Shown one piece after another: positions 27,182 to 37,196 of a stretch of 64,000 nt of DNA. The DNA comes from a virus. A model generated the notes under the pieces. That model had not been told where the DNA came from and made no database searches. It saw only the letters and a list, made by a program, of their open reading frames with translations. The stretch spans positions 50 to 64,049 of the IMG/VR virus record IMGVR_UViG_3300013767_000193; one strand, given 5' to 3'. The position numbers were made by a program, and so were the translations under genes. Numbering within the stretch: the stretch's first letter is position 1; each line of letters starts with the position of its first letter.

Positions 27182-27826
27182 TTAAGCCACCTTGAGCTCG
27201 GGCAGCGGCGTGGCGTCCTCCATGGCATCCTCCATGGCGTCCTCGGTGCCCACAATCCCCTCCACGCGCTTGAACAGTTCAATGTTGGTGGCGTTGGCAA
27301 CCTCCAACAACCGCTCCAACTCGGCGATGCGGGCCTTGGCGACTTCGGACTCGACGAACTTACCGACGATGGCGCGCACCTCGCCGGCCGCCTCGGCGTC
27401 CACGGTGTCCAGCCGCTTGGCGCACTTGTTGAGCGCATCCATGGCGCGGCTGTGCGCCTCCCCCACCAGTGCCTTGGACTTCTTGGCCTTGGCCGCGGCC
27501 TGTTCCGTGGCGACCACCGGCGTGGCCATGGCGAAGCCAAAGGCCTTGTTTTGTTGCTTCGGATCGACCACGCAGACCACCTTGTACAGCGTGTCGCCCA
27601 CGGCCGGCGGGCTCACCTCCAGCCCGGCGCGCTTGAACCACGCCGCCACCGGGCGGCGCAGGTAGACCGGCAGCACGTCCAGCATGAACTGGGCATACTC
27701 CAGGTCCTGGTTGGCATAGGCCGCCTTGACGGCCTGCTCACCGAGTGCACGCAGGTTCTCCGCATCGTTGAAGCTGCGGTTGGCAAGAGCCTTGACGCGC
27801 TGGATGAATTGCTTAGCGAGTGCCAT
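27182..27826 (-). CDS. First early gene, hypothetical
   Basis: GAGGGAG SD, 214 aa. Confidence 0.8.
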   Translation of the reverse strand: MALAKQFIQRVKALANRSFNDAENLRALGEQAVKAAYANQDLEYAQFMLDVLPVYLRRPVAAWFKRAGLEVSPPAVGDTLYKVVCVVDPKQQNKAFGFAMATPVVATEQAAAKAKKSKALVGEAHSRAMDALNKCAKRLDTVDAEAAGEVRAIVGKFVESEVAKARIAELERLLEVANATNIELFKRVEGIVGTEDAMEDAMEDATPLPELKVA

Positions 27827-27855
27827 AGTATTACTCCCTCATTGGGTTAGTGTGT

Positions 27856-27969
27856 TCACTGAGTTAGTGAGTCACTGAGTTAGTGAAGCCTGACTGGCTA
27901 GAACAAGGGCACGGCGTGCACTACGTGCACTACATACACCCAGTGCACTACGTGCACACAGTGCCCTTG
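27856..27969. repeat. Two pairs of identical 15-bp mini-hairpins
   Basis: TCACTGAGTTAGTGA at 27856 and 27872; GTGCACTACGTGCAC at 27916 and 27943, enclosed by a 9-bp inverted repeat. Confidence 0.9.
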
Positions 27970-28859
27970 AAGTAGCCCCCCGGCGGCGCAGACCACGCCC
28001 CGCCGGGCGACTAGTTAGGTTTGGCCCGTTATTGCGCGCCACGGTGCCGGGCGCTAAGTGAGTGAGTTTCTCGGTGCGGATAGTTCGGGCAAGCCTGCCG
28101 CGCAGTGTCGTGAGCACGTCGTACACAATGCCTTTGCCAAGGACCGACTGGCGACATGCCGCGGCCACCGCATGCACTCAGTGAATGCATGGCTTACATG
28201 ACGTCTGGCATAGCGGCGCTCCGGTCGCACCTTCCCTGCGGTAGCCTGACTGCGGCTGCGCCCCTCGAAGGTGCACGGTACATTAGGTCGTTTCGTGCTG
28301 CGCCCAGTTGCGCCCTAGTGCGGTTGAGTGCTTGAACCCGTCCGCCAAAACGGCGCGGACTGGTACCCTCGGTGCACTAGGTGCTAACAGGCTGCGAACT
28401 ACCCACGTTGTTAAAGATCGGTGCCGGACTGGGCGCTATGCCCGGTCCCGTCCTACACTCGTCCCTTGTCCGGTTGACGGCCCGGCCTACATCCTCGGTG
28501 GCTGCGTGAATCTGCTAACAAACGAGGCCCTACGTCCTAGGTGGCTTGGTGAATTTGGCCTATCTACCGGTAGGTAGGGTAGGGGGGCATGGACCCAGCG
28601 TGGGCGAGGGGGCCCCCCTCTTTGCCCACCTCGTGCACTGCGAGCCCCAATTTTCACCTTTGTGTATGCGCAAACCTCTTCACATACACACGGCTACCGG
28701 TTAACATGCCCTCAACTAACCCCATACCTCGAACCATCTGGCAGATGTGGCGCCCTCGGGCGGACTTCATGGGGGCCTGCGCACAGCCTGAATCTGCCGC
28801 GGCGCTGACACCCCGGAAAGACGGGGGGACCCCAAACACACCTAGCCCATGGAGAACAC

Positions 28860-29210
28860 ATGACCCACGAGTACATCGGCATCAAGCAAGTCACCGCATG
28901 GCCGCAGGATAAGGACGGCAAGAATGGCTACGCCGTGAAGTACGCGGACGGCTACACGTCATGGAGCCCGAAAGACGTATTTGAGGCCGCATACATCGAC
29001 ATCGGGCATGTCTCGCACCTGCCGGCGCACCAGCAGCGTGTGATTGGCGAGCGCGCCATCATCAAGAACTGGCGCACCAAGCTGGGCGAGTTCCTGCATG
29101 CACCGTTCTTCAAGACGTTGGCCGAGAGCGAGCAGAAGCGCCTAGAGGATCAGTGGTCGGCGCAGACGCTTTACAACGTGTGCCTCGATCAGCGTATCGA
29201 CGCGTTCTAA
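28860..29210 (+). CDS. Phage protein with GYxVxYxDGYxSWSPK N-domain and crAss001_48-like C-terminal hairpin
   Basis: GGAG SD, motif recognition. Confidence 0.6.
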   Translation: MTHEYIGIKQVTAWPQDKDGKNGYAVKYADGYTSWSPKDVFEAAYIDIGHVSHLPAHQQRVIGERAIIKNWRTKLGEFLHAPFFKTLAESEQKRLEDQWSAQTLYNVCLDQRIDAF

Positions 29211-29226
29211 CCACCTGGAGCCCACA

Positions 29227-29454
29227 ATGTACGCACCCGACCTGGCACACGAAGAAGACACAGCCCACGCAGCCCTCCAAGCCGCCGTGGCCGAAGTCGA
29301 GCACCTGGCAGACACCGCCGCGCAAGAGGTCGAAGCCGGCGCAAAAATCATCATCGACAAACTGGACCCGGCCCTGCACCCGATCCAGCACATGCTGCTC
29401 GCCATCCACACCCTCGTGGCCGAGCTGAACGACCGCTTCAAGGAGCTGGTGTGA
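29227..29454 (+). CDS. Hypothetical acidic protein
   Basis: GGAG SD, 75 aa. Confidence 0.7.
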   Translation: MYAPDLAHEEDTAHAALQAAVAEVEHLADTAAQEVEAGAKIIIDKLDPALHPIQHMLLAIHTLVAELNDRFKELV

Positions 29455-29462
29455 GGGAGCCC

Positions 29463-29591
29463 ATGGTTCGCCACAACTTCTACCTACCCAAGGAGTTGTT
29501 CGAGCAGGTCAAAGCCCACGCAGCAGCGCAGGGCCTACCGGTCTCGGAGGTATTGCGCCGGGCCCTCACGGCCCATCTGGAGACGAAATGA
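29463..29591 (+). CDS. CopG/Arc-like ribbon-helix-helix protein (42 aa)
   Basis: MVRHNFYLPKELFEQVKAHAAAQGLPVSEVLRRALTAHL; GAGGGAG SD; absent from the ORF track. Confidence 0.8.
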   Translation: MVRHNFYLPKELFEQVKAHAAAQGLPVSEVLRRALTAHLETK

Positions 29592-29675
29592 GCTGGTACA
29601 CGATGTGGACTATGTGGCTTGGTCTCTGCGCCAAGGCCGCCCAGGGTGAGCCCCGCCAACGCAGGGAGAAGCGCG

Positions 29676-29984
29676 ATGAATGAGCCCCTGCTGATTGGCC
29701 TGGCCGCCGGTGGCTTCCTGGCCCTGGTGGCCTTCGCGTTCTTCCTGGGCGCGGCGTTCAACGAGTGGCAGTACGAGGACGAGGACGAGGACGAGGACCC
29801 CCTGGAGGGCTGTCGCATGGTGGTCCGCTTCTTTGACGACCCCGAAGACAACGGACAGCTCACCGTCAACACGCGCTTCAGTATGCTGGATACCGAGCTG
29901 CTGCAGCACGCCCCGCACGCCCTGGAGGCCATTGCCACCGTGCTGCGCGCCCAGGGAGAAAAGCGTGAGCACACCGTCCACTGA
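29676..29984 (+). CDS. Membrane-anchored protein with acidic tract
   Basis: N-terminal TM segment, EDEDEDED. Confidence 0.65.
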   Translation: MNEPLLIGLAAGGFLALVAFAFFLGAAFNEWQYEDEDEDEDPLEGCRMVVRFFDDPEDNGQLTVNTRFSMLDTELLQHAPHALEAIATVLRAQGEKREHTVH

Positions 29985-30444
29985 TGTCATCTTCGACCCC
30001 CTGGCGCAAACGCACCTGAACTGGCCACCCGAGATGGTGGTGGCCATCGCCCAGGGCCTGGAAGACCCCGAGGACGTCGCCCGGCGCTTCGGCTGGGAGG
30101 GCCGGCGGTGGGAGATGATCTCCACCAACCCGGCCTTCCTGCGCGCGGTGGAGGCCCAGCGCAAGGAGCTCGAGGCCAACGGCTGGGTCCTGGTGGCCAA
30201 GGCCAAGCTCGGCGCCGAGCTGATCCAGGACGAGCTGATCCGCATCGGGGCCTCAGCCAACACCACCCCCGCTCAGAAGCTGGCCATCTACGAGGCGCTG
30301 TGCAAGACCGGGGACGTGTTGCCCAAGCAGAAGGTCAACCAGGGCGCCACCGGCCCGGCGTTCAGCATCAGCATCAACCTTGACCCGGCCACCGTGCGCG
30401 CGAGCGTCAAGAAGGTCGACGTGATCGACGTCGACGCCAAATAA
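29965..30444 (+). CDS. Terminase small subunit (probable)
   Basis: GTG start, directly before TerL, typical FSISINL tail. Confidence 0.65.
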   Translation: MSTPSTDVIFDPLAQTHLNWPPEMVVAIAQGLEDPEDVARRFGWEGRRWEMISTNPAFLRAVEAQRKELEANGWVLVAKAKLGAELIQDELIRIGASANTTPAQKLAIYEALCKTGDVLPKQKVNQGATGPAFSISINLDPATVRASVKKVDVIDVDAK

Positions 30445-31851
30445 ATGAGCGCAGTCACCTATACCCCCCCGCCGTCGCTGCTGGAGTTCTTCACGAGCGA
30501 TAAGTTCATCAACCTGGTGATGGGACCCGTGGGCTCCACGAAGACCACCGCCATGATCTTGAAGATTGCCCATGAAGCGAAACGCATTGCGCCTTGCCGC
30601 GATGGTGTTCGCCGCAGTCGTGCTATTTGGGTACGCCAGTCGCGCGAACAGCTCCGAGACACCTCAATCCCTGACTTCCTGCGCTGGTATCCAGACGGCC
30701 TGGCAGGGACTTACGAAAAAACGAACTATAAGTTCACCTTACGCTTTGACGACGTCGAGTGTGAGGTACTGTTCCGCGGCCTTGATGACGCGGCTGACGT
30801 TCGACGTCTCCTCTCCCTGCAGGCCACGTTTGGTATTGCCGACGAATTCCGGGAACTGAACCCGGCCGTGTTCATGGCGCTGCAGGGGCGCCTGGGGCGC
30901 TACCCCTCCAAGGCGGACAACGGGGTGGGGTGCAAGGACGACTTCGGCAACCAGATCGACAAGTTTTGGGGGGCCTCGAACCCGCCGGACTTCGACACCT
31001 GGTGGGAAGAGTACCTGAACAACCCGCCGGACAATGCCGCGTGCTTCTTCCAACCCTCGGGCACGTCGCCGGAAGCCGACTGGCTCCAGTACCTGAAGGA
31101 CGGGTACTACGAGAACCTGATGGAGGGCAAGCCGCAGAACTGGATCGATATCTATGTGCACGGCCGGTTCGGCGCGTCCCTGTCCGGCAAGCCCGTGTTC
31201 CCGGCGTTCGACCGCAGCGTGCACATAGCCAAGCAGCCCCTGACGCCGATTCGGATCTCGACCCACCCGCTGCTGATCGGGCACGACTTCGGCCTGACGC
31301 CGGCCTGCACCATCAGCCAGGTCGACCCCCGCGGGCGCCTGATCACGTACGCCGAGCTGACCAGTGACGGCATGGGTGAGCTGCGCTTCCTGCGCGAGAA
31401 GCTCAAGCCCATGCTGGCCACGCCGCGCTTCTCCGGCATGAACGTCCTGATCGTGGGGGACCCGGCCGGCACCCAGCGGTCGCAGACCGACGAGAAGAGT
31501 GTGTATGACATCATCCGGGCCGAGGGCTTCCGGGTGGTGGCGGCCAAGACCAACTCGATCCCCGCACGGATCTCCGGCGTCGATGCCTGGCTCACCCGCA
31601 TGGTCGATGGCAAGCCAGCCCACGTCATTGACGGGACGCATTGTCCGACCTTGGTGCGGGGCCTCGCCGGCGGGTATCGCTACAAGCTCCGGCAATCGGG
31701 GGACGCCGACGACAAGCCGGAGAAGAACATGTACTCCCACTTGCTAGACGGGCACCAGTACGCCTGCCTGCACGCGAACGGCAACCTCACCGGCGGCAGC
31801 ACGCGCACCCAGGCTCGCCCGGTCGAGCGGGTCAGTTGGTTTTACTCTTAA
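30445..31851 (+). CDS. Terminase large subunit
   Basis: GPVGSTKT, IADEF, GHDFG, GDPAG, SHLLDGHQY. Confidence 0.92.
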   Translation: MSAVTYTPPPSLLEFFTSDKFINLVMGPVGSTKTTAMILKIAHEAKRIAPCRDGVRRSRAIWVRQSREQLRDTSIPDFLRWYPDGLAGTYEKTNYKFTLRFDDVECEVLFRGLDDAADVRRLLSLQATFGIADEFRELNPAVFMALQGRLGRYPSKADNGVGCKDDFGNQIDKFWGASNPPDFDTWWEEYLNNPPDNAACFFQPSGTSPEADWLQYLKDGYYENLMEGKPQNWIDIYVHGRFGASLSGKPVFPAFDRSVHIAKQPLTPIRISTHPLLIGHDFGLTPACTISQVDPRGRLITYAELTSDGMGELRFLREKLKPMLATPRFSGMNVLIVGDPAGTQRSQTDEKSVYDIIRAEGFRVVAAKTNSIPARISGVDAWLTRMVDGKPAHVIDGTHCPTLVRGLAGGYRYKLRQSGDADDKPEKNMYSHLLDGHQYACLHANGNLTGGSTRTQARPVERVSWFYS

Positions 31852-31905
31852 CAAGTTAGCATGTTATGTGGTATATGTGAGCAAGTCTATACACTTTCTC
31901 CCCCC

Positions 31906-34173
31906 ATGCCACAAGCCCTGAACCTCACCGGATCACAGCCGATGTCGACCTCGGTCGGTGGCATCGTGAGCCTGAAGAATAACGCGCAGCTGATCGCAGA
32001 AGAGAAGGCGGCAGCACTCGAAGCGAACAATGAGGGCGTGATCCAGGGCTTTGCGGGGCACATCCGCCGGTTGTGGTCCCAGGCGCGCATGGCCAAGGAG
32101 ATGACGGCCGAGCAGAAGATGCTCAAGTCCCTGCGCCAGCGCCGCGGCGAATATGACCCCGAGAAGCTGGCGATCCTGGGGGAGCAGGGCTCGGCGATGA
32201 TCTACATGCACCTGACCAGCAACAAGTGCCGCAGCGCGGCCAGCTGGATCCGGGATGTCGTGATCACCACCGCCCAGGACAAGCCCTGGACCATCGAGCC
32301 CTCGCCGGTGGCCAGCATGCCGCCGGACCTGGTGCAGGAGTGCCTGCAGACGGCCACCGAGCAGATCCAGCAGCTCATGGACAACGGCAACCCGCCCTCC
32401 GACATGGAGGTGCGCGCGATGCTGCTGGGGCTCAAGGAGATGGCGCTGGCCCAGCTGCAGGACCTGGCGCGGCAGCAGGCCGACCGCATGAGCGACAAGA
32501 TGTCGGAGCAGTTGCTCGAAGGGGGCTTCATGCGGGCCTTTTCCGAGTTCATCGACGACATCACCACCTTCCCCTCGGCCTTCATCAAGGGCCCGGTGGT
32601 GCGCAACCGCAACAAGCTCGCCTGGGTCAAGGGCCCGGACGGCAACTATGTCCCCGACGTCAAGCAGGAGCTGGTGCTCGAATGGGAGCGCGTCGACCCG
32701 TTCCACGTCTACCCGGCCCCGGACGCCTCGAACATCGAGGATGGCTGGCTCATCGAGCGGCATAAGCTGCACCGCGCCGACCTGGTGGCCCTGCTCGATG
32801 TCGACGGCTACAACAACAAGGCCATCCACGCGGTCCTGGACGACTACGGGCGCGGCGGGCTGCGCGAATGGATCTATGTGGACACCGCCCAGGCCACGGC
32901 CGAGGGCAAGGCCACCATTGGCGTCGCCACCAACCCCAGCGAGCTGATCGACGCGCTGCAGTTTTGGGGCTCGGTGCAGGGCAAGCTGCTCATCGAGTGG
33001 GGCATGAGCGAGCAGGAGATCCCCGACCCGCTGCTCGAGTACCCGGTCGAAGCCTGGCTGATCGGCCAGTGGGTCATCAAGGCCGTGATGAACCCGGATC
33101 CGCTCGGGCGCAAGCCGTACTACAAGGCGAGCTATGAGGAGATCCCGGGCGCGTTTTGGGGCAACTCGGTGGCGGACCTGTGCCGCGACACCCAGGACGT
33201 GTGCAACGCCGCCGCCCGCGCCCTGGTGAACAACATGTCCCTCGCCTCGGGCCCGCAGGTTGTCTACAACATCGACCGCCTGCCCGAAGGGGAGAAGATC
33301 ACCCAGCTGTACCCGTGGAAGGTGTGGCAGGTCACGAGCGACCCACAGATGGGCAGCCAGCCGGCCATGCAGTTCGAGCAGCCGGCCAGCATCGCCAACG
33401 AGCTGATGCAGATTTACGAGAAGTTCTCGGTGCTGGCCGACGAATACACCGGGATTCCGCGCTACATGGCGGGCGATGCTCCCTCGGGCGGCGCTGGCCG
33501 GACCGCTTCGGGCATGTCGATGCTGATGGGCAACGCGGGCAAGGCCATCAAGCAGGTCATCGCCAACATCGACGAGCGGGTCACGGAGCCGTCGATTAAC
33601 CGCCTCTACTACTACAACATGCGCTACGGCGACGACCCCGACCTCAAGGGGGACGTCAACATCAAGGCGCGGGGGGCCGCGGCGATGCTGCAGAAGGAGT
33701 CGGCCGCCCAGCGCCAGAGCCAGTTCCTCCAGACCGCGCTGTCGAACCCGATTGCCCAGGGCGTCATCGGCCAGGAAGGCATCGCGCGGCTGCTGCGCGA
33801 AGTAGCCAAGACCCTCGACCTCACGACCGACGACATCGTGCCGCCGATCCCGATCCTCAAGCAACGCTGGGCCATGGCGGCCAAGGCCCAGGCCATGCAG
33901 CAGAACCAGATGCAGGCGCAGACCAAGGAGCTCGAGCAGCAGAAGTTTGCGCAGCAGATGCTGCTCAAGCACGGCGTGTTCCCGCAGAGCGAGCCACTGG
34001 CGCAGCAGGCCCGCGACGCCCTGGTCACCGCCCCGCTGATCGGCCTCGGCGCCGCCCCGGCCGGGCCCACGCCGGGCAACGGGATCCCGGGCCAGCAGCA
34101 GGGCGCGCAGCCCACGCCGGGCGCGCAGCTCAGCAACGGCGCCCCGGTCACCAACCACTTCGTAAACCAGTGA
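31906..34173 (+). CDS. Portal protein
   Basis: Follows TerL; about 750 aa, WERVDPF, FWGNSV, Q-rich barrel tail; start uncertain. Confidence 0.85.
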   Translation: MPQALNLTGSQPMSTSVGGIVSLKNNAQLIAEEKAAALEANNEGVIQGFAGHIRRLWSQARMAKEMTAEQKMLKSLRQRRGEYDPEKLAILGEQGSAMIYMHLTSNKCRSAASWIRDVVITTAQDKPWTIEPSPVASMPPDLVQECLQTATEQIQQLMDNGNPPSDMEVRAMLLGLKEMALAQLQDLARQQADRMSDKMSEQLLEGGFMRAFSEFIDDITTFPSAFIKGPVVRNRNKLAWVKGPDGNYVPDVKQELVLEWERVDPFHVYPAPDASNIEDGWLIERHKLHRADLVALLDVDGYNNKAIHAVLDDYGRGGLREWIYVDTAQATAEGKATIGVATNPSELIDALQFWGSVQGKLLIEWGMSEQEIPDPLLEYPVEAWLIGQWVIKAVMNPDPLGRKPYYKASYEEIPGAFWGNSVADLCRDTQDVCNAAARALVNNMSLASGPQVVYNIDRLPEGEKITQLYPWKVWQVTSDPQMGSQPAMQFEQPASIANELMQIYEKFSVLADEYTGIPRYMAGDAPSGGAGRTASGMSMLMGNAGKAIKQVIANIDERVTEPSINRLYYYNMRYGDDPDLKGDVNIKARGAAAMLQKESAAQRQSQFLQTALSNPIAQGVIGQEGIARLLREVAKTLDLTTDDIVPPIPILKQRWAMAAKAQAMQQNQMQAQTKELEQQKFAQQMLLKHGVFPQSEPLAQQARDALVTAPLIGLGAAPAGPTPGNGIPGQQQGAQPTPGAQLSNGAPVTNHFVNQ

Positions 34174-34255
34174 TGTGCGGGGGACTTCCCAAACTGCAAA
34201 TTATCTGTTAGCGTGTTACTTGTATGTTGTTAGCACATTAATACAGGAGCCAACG

Positions 34256-34462
34256 ATGGCGAAGACTGGCAGCATGGCCAGCCTCCAGGAGCGCGGCAAA
34301 GGCGACTTCCCCGGTGGCAAGGTCGAAAACGGCACGGGCCTAGCGAAGGGCAGCTCGGGCGGTGGCGTGAATTCCTCGAAGGGCCTGGACAAGTTCCACA
34401 ACCGCCCGGGCAACAAGGAGTTCTCGGTCGACCGCAACACTGGTGACGGCCTGAGCAAGTGA
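34256..34462 (+). CDS. Small Gly-rich protein
   Basis: AGGAG SD, 68 aa. Confidence 0.65.
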   Translation: MAKTGSMASLQERGKGDFPGGKVENGTGLAKGSSGGGVNSSKGLDKFHNRPGNKEFSVDRNTGDGLSK

Positions 34463-34692
34463 AACGAATTCAAGCCTGGCAGGCATATTCAGCGTACTCG
34501 CGGCTGCGCGCCGCCGAGTTTGCCCATCTGGTGACACACCTTCGGGAGTCGCGCGATGAGGCCCTGGATTGTCTGAAGCACGCCCGCACGATGGATGCCG
34601 TCGCGCGCTGCCAGGCCGAGGTGGAAGTCCTCGAAACGATTTTGCGGTACGTCGACCAGGGCGAAGAGCTCGCCCGGAAGATGCAGCAGTAA
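34459..34692 (+). CDS. Small helical head-region protein
   Basis: 77 aa, typical post-portal position. Confidence 0.7.
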   Translation: MKRIQAWQAYSAYSRLRAAEFAHLVTHLRESRDEALDCLKHARTMDAVARCQAEVEVLETILRYVDQGEELARKMQQ

Positions 34693-34782
34693 AGGCGCGC
34701 AAGGCCGACCACACGGGGGCCAAGCAGCATCTCAAAAGTGAATCCGCTGACCGGGAACACCGGAGCGGGGGAGTGTTGAAAA

Positions 34783-35718
34783 ATGGGATTGCCCAAATCA
34801 GTTCAGGAAGCAGCCGACGCTGCAGATGCCTTCATGGCGCAAGTGAATGGCGCGGCGCCCAACCTGGGCGAGCCAGCACCGACACCGCAGCCGCAGGACC
34901 CTGCCGTAACGCCGCAACCCGAACCGCAACCGGCCACCCCGCCCGTTGCCGAACCGAGACCGGTTGACTGGGAGCACAAGTATTCGACGTTGAAGGGCAT
35001 GTTCGACGCGGAGGTTCCGCGCCTGTACACCCAAAACCGCGAGTTGCGCGAGCAGATGGATACGCTGCGCCGCGATGTCGAAGCCAAGCCCCACACGCCG
35101 CCCCCGGAGCCGCAGCGGTTGATTACCGACCAGGATCGAGAGAACTTCGGGCCGGATCTCGTGAACATGATGGAGCGCGCGGCGCGCGAGGTCACTGCGC
35201 CTCTGAACGCCGAACTCCAGAAGTTGCGCGACGAGAACGCCCAGCTCAAGTCCCAGGTAGGCACCGCCCAGCAAACCGCTGCGCAGACTGCCGAAAGCCA
35301 GTTCTACGCAGCCCTGCGCCAGGCCGTCCCGACCGTCGAAGCTGTCAACGTCGACCCCGGGTTCATGGCATGGCTGCAGCAGGTGGACCCGATCTACGGC
35401 ATCCCGCGCAAGATGGCGCTGGACAACGCCGCCGACCGGAAGGACGTAGCGAGGACAGCCGCGATTTTCAACGCCTACATCGCCACGATCACGCCGCCGC
35501 AGGTTGCTGGGAAGCCCGCCAAGGAACTCGAACGCCAGGTCACCCCCGCCCGCACCCGGTCGAGTGCGGCGCCCGAAGGCAAGCAGCCCATGCTCTGGAC
35601 GGAAGCGTCCATCAATCGGTTCTACGCTGACTGCCGCCGTGGTGCGATCTCGACCGATGAGGCGGTCCGCTTGGAAGCAGACCTTAATGCCGCAATCGCC
35701 GAAGGCCGAGTACGTTAG
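34783..35718 (+). CDS. Scaffolding protein (probable)
   Basis: Pro-rich N-terminus, WEHKYSTLKG, coiled coil, EGRV end; precedes capsid. Confidence 0.8.
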   Translation: MGLPKSVQEAADAADAFMAQVNGAAPNLGEPAPTPQPQDPAVTPQPEPQPATPPVAEPRPVDWEHKYSTLKGMFDAEVPRLYTQNRELREQMDTLRRDVEAKPHTPPPEPQRLITDQDRENFGPDLVNMMERAAREVTAPLNAELQKLRDENAQLKSQVGTAQQTAAQTAESQFYAALRQAVPTVEAVNVDPGFMAWLQQVDPIYGIPRKMALDNAADRKDVARTAAIFNAYIATITPPQVAGKPAKELERQVTPARTRSSAAPEGKQPMLWTEASINRFYADCRRGAISTDEAVRLEADLNAAIAEGRVR

Positions 35719-35769
35719 CAGCTTGCCCGGGGATTGTTGGCTGGTTAAACCTTAATTCAGGAGATCAGC

Positions 35770-36774
35770 ATGACCACGATTACCCCGGGCGCAACTTACC
35801 CCATCAACGCCGGTGGCTTTAACAGCCCCGCCGGCCAGGTTGCCTACGCAGGCACCGCGTACTCCGGTACGTTCATCCCGGCCCTGTGGTCGGGCAAGCT
35901 GGCGCAGAAGTTCTACGCCGCCACGGTCTTTGGTGAGATCGCCAACACCGACTGGCAGGGTGACATCAGCCAGCTGGGCGACACGGTGATCATCAACACC
36001 ATCCCGACGATCAACATCTACTCGTACAGCGTCGGCCAGTCGCTGAACTACGATGTGCCGTCGCCGAGCACCATCACCCTGCAGATCAACAAGGGCAAAT
36101 ATTTCGGCGTGAACGTCAACAACGTTCTCGAGCTGCAGTCGAAGCCGAAGCTCATGGACATGTTCACCAACGACGCGTCCATGCAGATGAAGATCCAGAT
36201 CGACAAGGACGTGCTGGGGGGCACCTTCAACCAGGGCGCCGCCGGCAACATGGGCGCGACCGCCGGCCAGATTTCCGGCGCGTACAACCTGGGCACCGAC
36301 ACGGCCCCGGTGGCGCTGACTGCAGCGAACATCCTGCAGAGCATCACCAACCTGTCGTCGACGCTGGATGAAGCCAACGTGCCGGAGACGGACCGCTGGC
36401 TGATCCTCACCCCGACCGAGCGTCAGCTGCTGATGCAGTCGAACCTGGCGCAAGCGCAGTTCATGGGTGATGGCCAGTCGATCCTACGCAACGGCCGCAT
36501 CGGTGCCATCGACCGCTTCACGGTCTACGTGTCGAACCTGACCCCGCGCGCTGCCGCCGCGCAGAACTGGACCGGCGGCGCCCAGGGTGGTACGGCCAAG
36601 CGCCACGCGATTGTCGCGGGCCACAAGTCGGCCATCAGCTTCGCCTCGCAGATCGCCAAGGTTGAGAGCCTGCAGAACCCGAGCGACTTTGGCAACCTGG
36701 TCCGTGGCCTGAACATCTACGGCTACCAGGTCACCCAGCCGAACGCGTTGGCCCTGCTGATCGCAGCCAACTAA
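35770..36774 (+). CDS. Major capsid protein
   Basis: FIPALWSGKL, GDTVII, strong AGGAG SD, downstream hairpin. Confidence 0.88.
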   Translation: MTTITPGATYPINAGGFNSPAGQVAYAGTAYSGTFIPALWSGKLAQKFYAATVFGEIANTDWQGDISQLGDTVIINTIPTINIYSYSVGQSLNYDVPSPSTITLQINKGKYFGVNVNNVLELQSKPKLMDMFTNDASMQMKIQIDKDVLGGTFNQGAAGNMGATAGQISGAYNLGTDTAPVALTAANILQSITNLSSTLDEANVPETDRWLILTPTERQLLMQSNLAQAQFMGDGQSILRNGRIGAIDRFTVYVSNLTPRAAAAQNWTGGAQGGTAKRHAIVAGHKSAISFASQIAKVESLQNPSDFGNLVRGLNIYGYQVTQPNALALLIAAN

Positions 36775-36781
36775 GCGCAGG

Positions 36782-36808
36782 GCGGGGGCACAACCCCCGC
36801 TCTCCTTC
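36782..36808 (+). terminator. Hairpin after the capsid gene (weak terminator)
   Basis: GCGGGGG-CACAA-CCCCCGC, poor U tract. Confidence 0.5.
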
Positions 36809-36827
36809 GGACTTCAGGAGAACCTAC

Positions 36828-37196
36828 ATGACTACTGCTGCAAAACTCGTCGCCCTCGGCGAGTGGCCCGCCAGCGCCAATGCGGTCGCCGGCGGGGACC
36901 TGGGCAACAACCTGTCCGCCGCGGGCACGACCCAGGCGACGGCCACGCCCATCGGCAACGACATCGCCATCTTCACCACGGTGGCGGCCAGCTCGGGCGC
37001 GATTCTGCCCAACCAGGGCTCGGCCTACATCACGGTGTTCAACAACAACGCCACTAACGCGCTGAGCATCTACCCACCGGTGGGCGGGGTGATCAACCAG
37101 CTCGCCGCGAATGCCGCGTTCTCGGTGGGCGCGAACAAGAGCTCGGTGTTCGTCACGCCGGACGGTGTGACTTGGGTGGCAACGCACTCGTCGTAA
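36828..37196 (+). CDS. Small virion protein, decoration-like
   Basis: Ala/Gly/Thr-rich 122 aa after the capsid gene. Confidence 0.6.
   Translation: MTTAAKLVALGEWPASANAVAGGDLGNNLSAAGTTQATATPIGNDIAIFTTVAASSGAILPNQGSAYITVFNNNATNALSIYPPVGGVINQLAANAAFSVGANKSSVFVTPDGVTWVATHSS

Noticed and set aside
20076-27969. CRISPR-like arrays from the short repeats
   Set aside because: Repeats are 10-15 bp with no spacers of array length; the Cas4-like gene is a phage exonuclease
31933-34158. 741-aa minus-strand ORF
   Set aside because: Antisense shadow of the GC3-rich portal gene; no SD or domain motifs
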